From Nannocystales bacterium (GTDB lineage: Bacteria > Myxococcota_A > Polyangia > Nannocystales > Nannocystaceae): a DNA stretch of 64,000 nt. The DNA is taken from contig JBOEGF010000019.1 in the NCBI GenBank assembly GCA_050633305.1, forward strand, positions 128,001 to 192,000, given 5' to 3'. Positions 1-11,907 of the stretch are shown here, piece after piece. Numbering within the stretch: position 1 is the stretch's first letter; each line of letters opens with the position of its first letter. The translations under genes were made by a program, and so were the position numbers. The notes beneath the pieces were generated by a model that worked only from the letters and a program-made list of their open reading frames with translations, did no database searches and was not told the origin of the DNA.

Positions 1-200
1 CACGCTGGTGTGACACAGAAAAGCGCCGATCGCACGAAAACCGCGAAGGGGGCTCGGATATGGCTCAAAACGACGATCTCGCGCAGTCTTCGCCGGCCTC
101 AGTTGGGGTGCCTGTGCGCGTTGTGACAATGCGTACTGCGCGCACTCCGGAAGCGGGCCCATCGCTTTCGAGCACGCGACGGATGTCAGCGGCCCAGGGA

Positions 201-1115
201 TCAGACCGGACCTGGGGCGCGGCCGCGTTTGGGGATCCGCAGTTCGATGCCACCGCCGACCCATGCTCCGCCGAGCGACACGCCACCGCCGGGCTCCGCG
301 ACCCCCTCGGGTTGGCGGGTCCGATAGCCCATGCCCAGCGTGAAGCCCACGATGACCTTGGGCGTGGGAAGGCCGAGGGTCACAACGGCCGCGGAGTCGA
401 GGTACGGCCCCATGACGGAAGATGTACGGGCACCGGACTCGCGCGCTCTGCCTTGAACGCGCCCCCAACCTCCCGCCAACTCCGGTCCGAGGTCGACGCT
501 CCACAACTCTCGGTCCACCACGAAGAAGCGGGGGGAGACAACAAGGCCGACAGCCCAAGCCTCGACCGTCCCTTGCTCGAACGAAGCACGTCCACCTCGG
601 GCATCCGCGAGTACGCTCCAAGCCATCCGCTGCAGAGGACGCAGTGAAATCCCCACAGAGCCCGTGCCTGCCAGGCGCGGGCTCGCTTCGAGCGGGGCCC
701 CCAACACCTGGACGCGGACCACAAACGAGACCTTCGCGGGGGCTGACTTCACGGGCTCAGGGGGGCGCGGGGGGGGTTCTGCTGGCGTCGGGTCCTCCGC
801 CTCTTCGGGCGGTTTCGGTGGTGGCGTCGAGGTCGCAAGTTCTCCGAAGACCAGCGCGAGTGTTCGCTCTTGTCCCGTGAGGTCGGACGCGGGAAGTTGA
901 CGCGACGCGACGGCTTCCCCGGTGGGGTCGAGGAGCGAGAGCTCGACACGATCGGGTTCGCAACGCAGCTGAAACTTCCACAGGTCGGCCGCATCGTGGG
1001 CCTCGACTGCGATGTAGCGACGCAACGTCTCGGCGCTCACGGCATGACACGCCCCAACGTCGACGGTGGGTTCCACCAGGCCGAGCACGCTCGCGGCGAT
1101 CGCAATCCAGCTCAT
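201..1115 (-). CDS. Secreted/outer-membrane hypothetical protein (Pro-rich linker, C-terminal beta-strand-rich region)
   Basis: Hydrophobic N-terminus, PPPKPPEE...PPPRPPEP linker, amphipathic Gly/aromatic strands at the C-terminus. Third gene after the ECF and anti-sigma genes. Confidence 0.6.
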   Translation of the reverse strand: MSWIAIAASVLGLVEPTVDVGACHAVSAETLRRYIAVEAHDAADLWKFQLRCEPDRVELSLLDPTGEAVASRQLPASDLTGQERTLALVFGELATSTPPPKPPEEAEDPTPAEPPPRPPEPVKSAPAKVSFVVRVQVLGAPLEASPRLAGTGSVGISLRPLQRMAWSVLADARGGRASFEQGTVEAWAVGLVVSPRFFVVDRELWSVDLGPELAGGWGRVQGRARESGARTSSVMGPYLDSAAVVTLGLPTPKVIVGFTLGMGYRTRQPEGVAEPGGGVSLGGAWVGGGIELRIPKRGRAPGPV

Positions 1116-1133
1116 GACCCTCTCACTCGGAGC

Positions 1134-2126
1134 TCAAGGCGTCTCGGCAATCGATCGCATCGCGGCCGCATGCACTCCGCGAGGGAACTTCCGTAGGTAC
1201 TCGCCGGCCAAGGTCTTCGCGTCCTTGGACTTCTTCGCCGAAGCGAGGCTTCTTGCCTGACTGGCGAGTGCGTCACTCTCGAGCGCACCGCCCTGCAGAT
1301 GCGGCCGACTCTGCGCAAATGCCCGCGCCGCAGCCCGGTGCCGGCCCCTTCGGCGCTCCACCTTGCCGAGCTGGAACCACGCATTGCCCACGTCGGCATG
1401 TCTCGGGTAGGTGCTGACGAACGACTTGAGTGCCGTCGCAGCGGCGCCCAAGTCTCCCCGAACCCGTGCAGCGTCGGCTTCCCCGAGCAGCGTTTGGGCC
1501 GACGGTTTCCTTCCCATTGGGCGCGATTTCTTGCTCGGTCCGATGCGGGTGCTCTCCACCTCGAGCCGAACAGACTCGCCGCCCTCGAGCTCGATGCGCT
1601 GTCCTGCGTATTTGACGACGACGACCGAGGCGGTGGCTGTGACCCTGTACGCATCCGGGAGGGACTCGACTTCGAACGACGTGCCTTCGCCGCTGATCTC
1701 GATGTCGACTCCCGCCCTCACACTGCCCGTCCACGAGTCGTCGGCGTTGTAGACCCGGCGGCCCTCACGGTGGGCGAGCTGGGCGTTCCCCTGGAGGGTT
1801 GCAGAGCCCGGGTCGGCTTGCTGGGTTGTTGGGTCCTCGGGGGCCGGGGAACGTGCTTGGGCGGATGCATCTTCGAGCCGGCGAGGTTGAGTCGCCGACG
1901 CAACGGGGGGAACGGTGTGTGCCGGGGCGGTCGGGCTCGTCAGCCACCACCAAGTCCCGACACATACGGCGAGCGCGATGGCGGCCCCCGCCTGCATGGC
2001 CTGACGCGTACGAACTCGGCGTTGACGACCGACTTCGATGGCGTCCCACGAGGCCCCGATCTGGGCATCGCTCCACGGCACCGGCTCGAGCTTGGCGGCT
2101 CGGCATGCGTCATCCAGGCGGGTCAT
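1134..2126 (-). CDS. FecR-like anti-sigma factor with TM helix and C-terminal TPR
   Basis: Start reassigned to ATG 2126, overlapping the sigma stop (ATGA). TM segment AAIALAVCVGTWWWL, FecR-like GTSFEV...VTA, and TPR-like AWFQLGKVERRRG. Confidence 0.7.
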   Translation of the reverse strand: MTRLDDACRAAKLEPVPWSDAQIGASWDAIEVGRQRRVRTRQAMQAGAAIALAVCVGTWWWLTSPTAPAHTVPPVASATQPRRLEDASAQARSPAPEDPTTQQADPGSATLQGNAQLAHREGRRVYNADDSWTGSVRAGVDIEISGEGTSFEVESLPDAYRVTATASVVVVKYAGQRIELEGGESVRLEVESTRIGPSKKSRPMGRKPSAQTLLGEADAARVRGDLGAAATALKSFVSTYPRHADVGNAWFQLGKVERRRGRHRAAARAFAQSRPHLQGGALESDALASQARSLASAKKSKDAKTLAGEYLRKFPRGVHAAAMRSIAETP

Positions 2127-2698
2127 GGCTGATGCCACCCTTCCAGCTCTTTCTGTGCCGCCGCGATGCGCCGTTTGACCGTGGCCAGAGAACATCCACA
2201 GAGCTCGGCGACTGCGGCCAGCGGTTCGCCTTCGATGCGCGAGAGGACCCACGGCGACCGTAGACGCGACGGCAGCCGGTCGAGCAACGCAAACAGCGAC
2301 GCGGCTTCGCCCGCTCGGGGCGGAGGCTCGCTCGCCGAGATGCGCAGCAAGTCGAGCATCGCTCGTCGACGACGCTCTCGATCGAGGCGCTTGCCCACCG
2401 TACGGCCGGCGATGACTCCGAGCCATGCCCGAATGCGGGCCGGGTCTCGCAGGCGGTGCAAGGACGCAAACCCGGAAATGAACGTCTCCTGAACGACGTC
2501 TTCGACCCACTCGGGACGACGAGCCAGTCGCCAAACCATCGCAGCGACCTGAGCGTGGTGGCGGTCGTAGAGCTTCTTGTGCGCCGCGGAGTCGCCGTCC
2601 AGCGCTTGCTGGACCAGGCGCGCATCGACGCCGGCGGTCTCTGGCTCCACTCGTTCTCCACGCACGTAAGGTGCGTCCGCTGTGCTGGATCGGCTCAC
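2123..2698 (-). CDS. ECF RNA polymerase sigma-70 factor
   Basis: Region 2 (VEDVVQETFISGFASLHRLRDPARIRAWL) and region 4 (LSRIEGEPLAAVAELCGCSLATVKRRI). Confidence 0.9.
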   Translation of the reverse strand: MSRSSTADAPYVRGERVEPETAGVDARLVQQALDGDSAAHKKLYDRHHAQVAAMVWRLARRPEWVEDVVQETFISGFASLHRLRDPARIRAWLGVIAGRTVGKRLDRERRRRAMLDLLRISASEPPPRAGEAASLFALLDRLPSRLRSPWVLSRIEGEPLAAVAELCGCSLATVKRRIAAAQKELEGWHQP

Positions 2699-2921
2699 GT
2701 GTCGTGCCCGAAGGGTGGACTTTGTGAGGAGCGGCGCCGGCTCCCCCCGTCCAGATCACACGGTAGGCGGTCGTCGAGACGTTGTCCAGACGGGCGGCCG
2801 GCGCCTCCCGACGGCTCGACAACCCATCCGGATGCGCAACATCGCCACACTTGGAAATTTGTGTGGGGCGTACCGGGTCAGCAGCAAAGATCTCGTTCGA
2901 AGGAAGAAAGTCGCGTGGACG

Positions 2922-4205
2922 ATGAGCCGATCGACAGGTGGGACGGCACAACGTCGGCAAGGGGGAGAGTTGTCCAGGTTCAGTCTATTCGCCGCACTGT
3001 TCGTCGTTGCGCCCATGGGGTGCGACAACGCAAACTCAACGGAATCCGACACGGGGGCCGACGCCACCGGAACCACGGGAGGGTCCTCTGGGACCGTGGC
3101 GCTCACCTCGGGGGTTCCGGACCCGGGGACCTCGACGGGGACATCGTCGTCCACGGCCCCGGATGATCCGAGCATCGGAGTCGCAACGGACACCAGTAGC
3201 TCGTCCTCCGACGGGACCTCGGAGTCCAGTTCAGGGGGGGAGGGGATGGTCGCCATGCAGGTCCTCTCCATGCACGGCGGACGCTTCTCTCGTTCATGCG
3301 ACGGCGGCGAGACGTGGAGCGAAATGTGGGAGCAGAATGCCGACGCCGACTGTTTCCACGACCCCGATTCGTTGTACCCGCGCCCCGCGTACGGCAATGG
3401 TGCGTTCGTGGTGCCCTCGGGATGGGGCGACCCGGGCGCGATGTACGTATCGGTCGACGGCGCGAGCTGGGAGCGGTCTCCGAGCCTGGACCTGCTCGGC
3501 GGCGGAACATCGGAGGTCACCGGAGCCGGGGTCTTCTTCGATGGGAGCGAGTTCGGCGTGTTTCGCCGTCTTCGCAGCGAGAACGGCTTCGACTGGTTCG
3601 AACAACGCGACGACCAGCGTCCTCCGGGCGTGGGCAACGTGCGCCGTGTCGCATTCAGCGTCGAGGACGACCTGCTTGTGGTCATCGGCAACGACGACTA
3701 CGTCTACGTCTCGCAGGACTGGTCGCAGACATGGTCGGACCCGACCTCTGCGGTGGGTGTTTGCCAGTCGTCGCAGCACCGTGGCGACATCGCGATCCGC
3801 GAAGGGCAAATCGTCATCGCAGGCGACCTCTTCTGCGTCTCGAACGACGCAGGTGCAACGTGGACGAACACCTGGACACCGCCGTCATCTGCGGCCGACG
3901 TGTTCACGACCCCCAGTGGCTACGTCGCCCTGCACAGTGACGAGTCCGTCTCTTCGAGCATCGACGGCGTGGATTGGAACACGATCGGGCAGATCCCAAC
4001 CGAAGCCAACATGACTGCGGGTGCGTGGTCTGGGGCAGGCGAGGGCTTGGTGGTCTACGTCGCCAACAACAACGGAGACCCCGCGCAGGTCTACACCTCG
4101 GCCGACGGCGGAAAGGACTGGTCCGCGACGGCGACGCTACCCGGGAGCGGTTGTCCTCGAATCAACTTGGAGACGTTCGTCGTCCCACAGGAGCTGTGTC
4201 AATGA
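2922..4205 (+). CDS. Lipoprotein with BNR/Asp-box (sialidase-like) beta-propeller repeats
   Basis: Lipobox-like APMGC, S/T/G linker, repeated S-x-D-G-x-x-W boxes (SCDGGETW, SVDGASW, SNDAGATW, SADGGKDW). Start uncertain. Confidence 0.7.
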   Translation: MSRSTGGTAQRRQGGELSRFSLFAALFVVAPMGCDNANSTESDTGADATGTTGGSSGTVALTSGVPDPGTSTGTSSSTAPDDPSIGVATDTSSSSSDGTSESSSGGEGMVAMQVLSMHGGRFSRSCDGGETWSEMWEQNADADCFHDPDSLYPRPAYGNGAFVVPSGWGDPGAMYVSVDGASWERSPSLDLLGGGTSEVTGAGVFFDGSEFGVFRRLRSENGFDWFEQRDDQRPPGVGNVRRVAFSVEDDLLVVIGNDDYVYVSQDWSQTWSDPTSAVGVCQSSQHRGDIAIREGQIVIAGDLFCVSNDAGATWTNTWTPPSSAADVFTTPSGYVALHSDESVSSSIDGVDWNTIGQIPTEANMTAGAWSGAGEGLVVYVANNNGDPAQVYTSADGGKDWSATATLPGSGCPRINLETFVVPQELCQ

Positions 4206-5896
4206 AACGCTCGGCAATCATCGCAGCAACGCTGCTGAGTTCCCCCGGTTGCTACGAAGGGCTGACGCGAGATGGCGCCGCGGGCGTCGATACGATGGGC
4301 GCCACCAGTTCTGGTGGAGAACCCGGTGGGGATGATTCGGGTGACTCGGGCGCTGGCACGAGCGCGGACGACCAGCGCCTCTGCGACCAGGTGGGCGTGC
4401 AAGAGCTCCGGATGCTGACCTCGCAGCAGTACGCCAACAGCGTGGAGGCGTTGCTGCCCGCTCCGCTGGCCGCCCAAGCGCTGGAGATCTCCACGTTCCC
4501 TCAGACCCGGATCACGGGCAACTTCTCCACGTTTGCATCCGCGAACCGCGTCAACAGTGACGATGTCGCTCGGATCGAGGCAACCGCCGAGTCGATCGGG
4601 AACCTGGTGCTCGAGGACTTCGAGACCTATGCCCCGCAGCTCGACCCCTGTCTTTCTTCGGGGACCGACGCGGATACCATTGAGGCCTGCATTGACGGCT
4701 TCATCGATACGTTCGGAGCAGCCGCGTTCCGGCGTCCGGTCACGGCTCAAGAGCGCGCGATCGCAACGCACATCTACGAAGACCTGAGAGATAGCGACTC
4801 GTCCGAGGCTGGGTTCGTGGGCGTCGTGCAGTTCGCCCTGCAGGCACCTGGGCTTCTCTATGCTACCGAGCGCGGTACCGAGGCAGTCACGCCGGGACTT
4901 GTCGCGTTGGATGATGACGCGATCGCCACCCGAATGGGGTTGCTGTTCCTCGACGGTCCGCCGGACGAAGAACTCCTTCGTGCCGCCGCGGCGGGGGAGT
5001 TGGGCACGCGCGACGAGGTGTCCCAGCAGGCGCGCCGGCTCGTGGCGGAGCCAGAACTCGTACGGGCGATGACCAGCTTCCACCACGAGTGGCTCCGCGG
5101 TTTCGTTCTCGACGACGAAGAGCGGACGCACCCGTTGTTCACCGACGCGGCCGCGGACGCACTCCGACTGGAGCTGAGGGCGTACGCGCGGTGGTTCGTC
5201 GAGCAGACGGACGGCCGCTTCACGACGCTGATGACCTCGGAGGAGTTCTCGCCAGACACCGCGCTTATAGAGATCTACGCGGCGTCGCCGCCGGGTGCCC
5301 GTGCGGGGTTGCTAACGACCGCTGCCGCAATGGCGTCGCTGTCCGCAGAAGAGGAAACCTCGATCATCCAGCGGGGGCACTTCCTGAGAGAACACGTGCT
5401 GTGTCTGGAGACCGGCAGCCTTCCCGACGATGTCGACACGACCGAACTCGAAGACGCATCGGACCGACCGACCGCACGGGAGAGACTCGAGCCTCTTCTC
5501 AGCAATCCATCGTGCGCGGGTTGCCATGTCACCTTCAACCCTCTTGGCTTTCCGTTCGAGCAGTACGACTGGGTCGGAGCGTTTCGCAGCGAGGAGAACG
5601 GCGCCACGATCGATGCCAGCCTCGATCTCAGCGCCATTCTCGGGCCGGACTACGGACTCGTCAGCGATGCGTCTAGCCTGGTCGGCGAGCTCGCGAACAC
5701 TCCAGTGGCGCAACGCTGTTATGCCCGGCACTGGTTCCGCTACTCGCTGGGTCGGCTCGAGGACGAGTTGGGCGCAGACGAATGCGCCATCGAAGAAATC
5801 TCCAACACATTCATCGACAGCGGCGGTGATGTCCGCGAACTCCTCGTTGCGATCTCCACGTCCACCGCGTTCCGATTCCGAAAGTCCGAGCAATGA
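4202..5896 (+). CDS. DUF1592/DUF1588/DUF1595-type (PSD/PSCyt) lipoprotein with CxxCH
   Basis: Start ATG 4202 overlaps the upstream stop. Motifs LRMLTSQQYANSV, AFRRP, RAGLLT, IQRGHFLREHVLC, CAGCH, NPLGFPFEQYD. Confidence 0.85.
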   Translation: MKRSAIIAATLLSSPGCYEGLTRDGAAGVDTMGATSSGGEPGGDDSGDSGAGTSADDQRLCDQVGVQELRMLTSQQYANSVEALLPAPLAAQALEISTFPQTRITGNFSTFASANRVNSDDVARIEATAESIGNLVLEDFETYAPQLDPCLSSGTDADTIEACIDGFIDTFGAAAFRRPVTAQERAIATHIYEDLRDSDSSEAGFVGVVQFALQAPGLLYATERGTEAVTPGLVALDDDAIATRMGLLFLDGPPDEELLRAAAAGELGTRDEVSQQARRLVAEPELVRAMTSFHHEWLRGFVLDDEERTHPLFTDAAADALRLELRAYARWFVEQTDGRFTTLMTSEEFSPDTALIEIYAASPPGARAGLLTTAAAMASLSAEEETSIIQRGHFLREHVLCLETGSLPDDVDTTELEDASDRPTARERLEPLLSNPSCAGCHVTFNPLGFPFEQYDWVGAFRSEENGATIDASLDLSAILGPDYGLVSDASSLVGELANTPVAQRCYARHWFRYSLGRLEDELGADECAIEEISNTFIDSGGDVRELLVAISTSTAFRFRKSEQ

Positions 5897-7323
5897 TCAA
5901 GCGTCGACGTTTTCTCCGTGGCATGGGCAGCATCGCGGTCGGTCTTCCGCTGCTTCGCAAGTTCATCGATCCCAGCGACGCCCGAGCGGGCGGCAAACTC
6001 GCGGCCCCCAAGCGCATCATCATGTGCGCGTACGAGATGGGGACGATCCGGGACTTGTTTACGCCAAGTGCTGTCGGGAGTTCGTTCGACTTCGGCACGG
6101 TCACGCAGTCGATGGAGCCCTTCAAGGCGCGGTCGATGGTGGTGACCAATCTGAACAACGCCGTTGTCGAACTCACCGGTGGCTCCGCCGGACACCCAGG
6201 CAAGAGAGAGTCGGTCTTCTCGGGGACGCTGATGACCGGAGCCTTCAGCGGGGACGGTAGCAGCCGCATCGAGAATATCATCAGCTCGTACAGCCCAGGC
6301 ACCCAAGACCACGCGCCCAACGGCCCAACGGTCGAGACTGTCATCGGAGACCGCCTGCGGCACGGAGGTCACCTACGCAGCGCCATCAACCTCGGCGTTG
6401 CGACGCGTTCGCAGTCGACGAGCGGCAGCAGCGACTTCTTCTACGAAAGCCCCGAGAACCCGATCACGCTCCAGTACCATCCTGGCAATGCGTTCGACAT
6501 GCTCTTCACAGACGTCTCCGAGGGCGAGAGCGGGCCGGACCCTGCCCTCTTGGCGCTACGACGACGGCAGAAGAGTGTGCTCGATGGAGTCCGCGATGCG
6601 TTCGTCGATCTACGCCAGGGACTGGATGCTCGGGACCGGGCCGTGTTGGACGACCACGCGGACAAGATCCGGCAGGTCGAGCTGGACCTTCCCACCGTTC
6701 AAGCCTGCACCATCCCCGAGCGTCCGATGGTCGGTGGGGAGGACTCCATCGGCGATGAACTCTCCATGTCGGAGCTCGCCCCCATTCAGAGCCGCCTGAT
6801 GGCGTACGCGATGAGCTGCGACATGGCTCCGGTCGGCCGCTTCGAGTACGGCAACGAGCAGAACCCGTACTTCGGCATCCCACTCGTCGACAGCGCCGTT
6901 GCATCATCCGGGTGGCACAGCCCCATCGTCCACAAGGCCGACGGTTGGGCCTCGCACGACCCCGTACGTATCGCGGGGTTCTCGTTCTACGTTGAGCAGT
7001 TCGCGAACCTTCTGGGCGAACTCGACAGCATCGTCGAAGACGCGGACGGCCGCACGGTGCTGGACAACAGCCTCGTGGTGCTCGGAAGCGACCTTGGCGA
7101 CGGAGACGGGCATCGCGCCCGTGACCTCTCGTTCCTCATCGCCGGCGGGACTGAGCGGGGCCGGTGGCAGTACCACATCGATGGGGACGGCTACGACACC
7201 AACCAGCTACTCGTCACCTTGATGCATCTTGCCGACGCCCGTGACGAGTCCGGCGGACTTCCCGACGAGTTCGGCCTTCAGGGGTTCTCGTCCGGTCCCA
7301 TCGACGCGCTGCTCAACGCGTGA
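5893..7323 (+). CDS. DUF1552 (HXXSHH-family) protein with Tat-like signal
   Basis: RRRFLRG...GLPLL N-terminus; RRQKSVLD, DHADKIRQVE and TVLDNSLV motifs; translationally coupled to the DUF1592 gene. Confidence 0.85.
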   Translation: MIKRRRFLRGMGSIAVGLPLLRKFIDPSDARAGGKLAAPKRIIMCAYEMGTIRDLFTPSAVGSSFDFGTVTQSMEPFKARSMVVTNLNNAVVELTGGSAGHPGKRESVFSGTLMTGAFSGDGSSRIENIISSYSPGTQDHAPNGPTVETVIGDRLRHGGHLRSAINLGVATRSQSTSGSSDFFYESPENPITLQYHPGNAFDMLFTDVSEGESGPDPALLALRRRQKSVLDGVRDAFVDLRQGLDARDRAVLDDHADKIRQVELDLPTVQACTIPERPMVGGEDSIGDELSMSELAPIQSRLMAYAMSCDMAPVGRFEYGNEQNPYFGIPLVDSAVASSGWHSPIVHKADGWASHDPVRIAGFSFYVEQFANLLGELDSIVEDADGRTVLDNSLVVLGSDLGDGDGHRARDLSFLIAGGTERGRWQYHIDGDGYDTNQLLVTLMHLADARDESGGLPDEFGLQGFSSGPIDALLNA

Positions 7324-7340
7324 TCGGGCGCTGCGCCCGA

Positions 7341-8216
7341 CTATCGGACCGGACAGACGCTGACATCGTCAACGACAATGTCGGCGGCCACGGGGTTGTC
7401 ATCGAAGCTTCCGGCCGACACGGCGACCTGGGCGTTCGTGGGACCATCGCCCCGAGCTCCGCGGGCACGCTCGACCCAGGTGACACCGTCTTCCGAGGTC
7501 TCGAACACGACGTCCACCGGCTCGAACCGAGTGCGAACCCACGGCGTCTGTGCAGGATCGAACGGCTCGGTTAGCAGTTGGTTGACCATGCCATCGGTGA
7601 CAATTCGAGGGCGGAAGTTCTCGTCGATGAGGATGTCGTAGTGCGGCGCAGCGGGGGCTGCGTCGTCTCTCACCCCCAAGAACAGCTGAATCGGGGGTCC
7701 CGGCGGGCGCTGGAGCACGCGCATCCGTACCGCCATCCCTTCGAGGTCGAAGGACTCGCTGATGAGCCCGCGGTAATCATCGGCCGCCGACGTCGGAACC
7801 TGAAACGTTAGCTGGCCGTCGTACGTCAGCTGGACCAAGGAGCCATCTCCGAAGTCACTCCAGGCTGCCGACGGTCCCGCCCCCTCGAAGCTATCCTCGA
7901 GCGCACAGGATCCCGCAGAGCTTCCGGTGGATGAGGAGGAGGTTGACGCATCGCCCGGCCCCGTCGTGCCCTGCGGTTCGATGCCGCTCGAGGATCCTCC
8001 GGTACCGACCTCCGTTCCAGCCTCTGTGCCTGTCTCTGGTCCCGTGACGATGCTGCCCGTGGACGACGAAGACGCCACTCTCCCGTTGGTGCTGCCATCC
8101 GGCGTCCCCGAGGAGCCTTCGTCCTCGCCCCAGAGCACCGTTTGCGGGGGCACGCACCCCAGCCAACACGGCGTGGTCAACAACAGCAGACGTCTCCTCA
8201 CGGGAGGCGTGAACAT
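7341..8216 (-). CDS. Lipoprotein with S/T/G linker and C-terminal beta-sandwich (ConA/LamG-like) domain
   Basis: WLGC lipobox, low-complexity linker, then LEDSFEG...W domain. Confidence 0.55.
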   Translation of the reverse strand: MFTPPVRRRLLLLTTPCWLGCVPPQTVLWGEDEGSSGTPDGSTNGRVASSSSTGSIVTGPETGTEAGTEVGTGGSSSGIEPQGTTGPGDASTSSSSTGSSAGSCALEDSFEGAGPSAAWSDFGDGSLVQLTYDGQLTFQVPTSAADDYRGLISESFDLEGMAVRMRVLQRPPGPPIQLFLGVRDDAAPAAPHYDILIDENFRPRIVTDGMVNQLLTEPFDPAQTPWVRTRFEPVDVVFETSEDGVTWVERARGARGDGPTNAQVAVSAGSFDDNPVAADIVVDDVSVCPVR

Positions 8217-8268
8217 AGCAGCACCGATCGCGGACGCCAGGTGTGGACTCCACCCGGCGGGGGTCGAC

Positions 8269-9891
8269 TCAGCCCGCAGGCGGTGGCAACGGTGGCGGCT
8301 CTGCGATCTTGGCGACACCGCTCCCGCCCACGTACCCGTAGCTGACATCGTCAGCATGCCCGGAAACCACGATGCCGAAGGGGAGGTCTCCTTCGATGAC
8401 ATGCGGTCCCGCAGCGACGCTGAGGTGGGCATAGCCGAACGCGACGCCGTCGACCTGTCCCATCGGAGTGAGCGACGCTGGGACCGGGGAGCCGTCGAGG
8501 GTCAGGACGGTGTCCGCTGGCGCGGCAACGGTGACGTAGTTCGACGCGTAGCCCTGTGGCATCAAGAAAACATAGCGGTCTTGAAACTGCTCCACGGCGG
8601 CGAGGAGCATCATCGATGGGTCTCCGGGTCTCCCTCCGAGGCCGCCGAAGTACTGGTTGCTGAGGAGAAACTGGGAGACCGCGAACGGTTCGCCATCCGC
8701 CGAGCGAACGGAGAACGCCACGTCGGTGATGAAGGCGACCGTTTCGTAGGCGTCGATGGTCGCGGGTGCCCCTTCGGGAGCGATGGGGCTGTACTCGAGC
8801 ACGGTGCCATCCGCCGCCCCAGTTACGCGAAACATCGAGGCGTCGTTGCCCGAGCCTTGGGCCGCAGCCGCGGGCGCCGCGACGTACCCGGATCCCCACG
8901 CGGTGAGCGGGAGCATCTGGTGCTCGACGTGGTCGGCACAACACGAGGCGTTGATGCTTGGCTCCGATGTGGCGACGCTTCCGGAGAACACCGCGACGGG
9001 GGCATCGGCCACGACACGGCTTCCCGAGAGGTTGCCGAACGAAGGCGCGCCGCGTTCGGAGGAGATCGCGGTGAGGACCTGCCCGCGGTCAAGCACCACA
9101 TCGGTGACCGAGCCGGGGTGGAGCTCGGCGGTGGGGAACAGCGTGACGGTGGTTCCGTCCTCGGTCGCGACGACAGACACGAACGCTCCCGTGTTGGCGT
9201 CGGAAGCGGAGAACGCGTCGGAGGACGCCAGGGTCGCGTCGGCCGTGATCGCGGTGTAGTCCTGGTCCAGAACGTGGGCGGGAAAGAGGATCGTCGCGTC
9301 GTTGGAGTAGACGGGGTTGGTGTTGTCCAGCGGCTGGAACTGGTACGCGGTGATCGGGACGTCGGTCACGATGCGATACGCGGTGCCGTCTGCTGTTGTC
9401 GCGCCCGGAGTCACGCTCATCGTGGGCAGTTGGAACACCCGCATGGCGTCGGAGGGCACGGTTCCCGAGTCGATGGGGGTCTCGCTCGAGCCCACGAAAA
9501 TCTCGACGTTGGCGGTCTGCTCGGGCAGAGAGTTGGTCACGACGAGGGCGAACTGCTGGTCATGGGGGGTGACGGCCAGCGGAGCGGAAGAGACGTTGGG
9601 CAGGTCGACGGCCCAGAACTCGCAACCCTGGTTGGTGGGCAAGTCTTCGAGGTCGTCACAGCTCGCCTCCGACGGAGGCGTCGTGTTGCCCACGTCTGGC
9701 GCGATTCCAATGTCGAGCTTGTCGCCGTCCTCGCCGGTCTCGTCTTCGCCGCCAGAGGACGTTGACGAGGCGGGCTGCATCGTGTCGGAGGCGCTCGACG
9801 TGTCACCCGCGAATGCGTCGTCACGCGGAGGGTCGCTGCATCCCGCGACGAGCGAGCAGGCGAGGACCCAGCGAGTTCGGCACAGACGCAT
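8269..9891 (-). CDS. IgGFc-binding-protein N-terminal domain lipoprotein
   Basis: LVAGC lipobox; GCEFWAVDLPN, AYQFQPL, SNDATILFP, CCADHVEHQM, GDPSM and VSYGYVGG motifs. Start reassigned to 9891. Confidence 0.85.
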   Translation of the reverse strand: MRLCRTRWVLACSLVAGCSDPPRDDAFAGDTSSASDTMQPASSTSSGGEDETGEDGDKLDIGIAPDVGNTTPPSEASCDDLEDLPTNQGCEFWAVDLPNVSSAPLAVTPHDQQFALVVTNSLPEQTANVEIFVGSSETPIDSGTVPSDAMRVFQLPTMSVTPGATTADGTAYRIVTDVPITAYQFQPLDNTNPVYSNDATILFPAHVLDQDYTAITADATLASSDAFSASDANTGAFVSVVATEDGTTVTLFPTAELHPGSVTDVVLDRGQVLTAISSERGAPSFGNLSGSRVVADAPVAVFSGSVATSEPSINASCCADHVEHQMLPLTAWGSGYVAAPAAAAQGSGNDASMFRVTGAADGTVLEYSPIAPEGAPATIDAYETVAFITDVAFSVRSADGEPFAVSQFLLSNQYFGGLGGRPGDPSMMLLAAVEQFQDRYVFLMPQGYASNYVTVAAPADTVLTLDGSPVPASLTPMGQVDGVAFGYAHLSVAAGPHVIEGDLPFGIVVSGHADDVSYGYVGGSGVAKIAEPPPLPPPAG

Positions 9892-9962
9892 CTCGAATTG
9901 ATACTCCGCGGCGCCGGCACGCGCTACCACCGACCGTCGACGCGGAGCCCCGTGTGGCCGAG

Positions 9963-11690
<1,728 letters not shown>

Positions 11691-11713
11691 GCCCGGGGTT
11701 GTAGCACGGCTCG

Positions 11714-11831
11714 CTGAGAGGGAGACTTCACGGTCTCCCTCTCAGGGGCAGCTAAGCTGCCCTCGCTTCACCTGGAGAGTTTCGCGAAGCGATTCGCGGA
11801 AGTGCCGAGCGAATCCGAAGCGATTCGCGGA
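11714..11831. repeat. Structured intergenic element: perfect 13-bp hairpin, 7-bp hairpin and 16-bp direct repeat
   Basis: ctgagagggagac-ttcacg-gtctccctctcag (11714-11745); gggcagc-taa-gctgccc (11746-11762); cgaagcgattcgcgga at 11785-11800 and 11816-11831. Confidence 0.75.
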
Positions 11832-11907
11832 GCACCTCTGGTGGTCGCCCCGTCGGGCTCGCTCCAGTGCCCGCAAGTGAGCGAAAGCGCCGTCGCTCCC
11901 TCCAAGA

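Noticed and set aside
2127..2960. N-terminal extension making a 608-aa ORF
   Set aside because: It overlaps the ECF gene in another frame; the ATGA-coupled start at 2126 fits better.
7927..9765. Long antisense ORFs (also 12433-13842, 33148-35232, 48914-51301, 55803-57581, 57439-58887)
   Set aside because: Shadow ORFs typical of high-GC DNA, opposite genes with clear family motifs and lacking motifs of their own.
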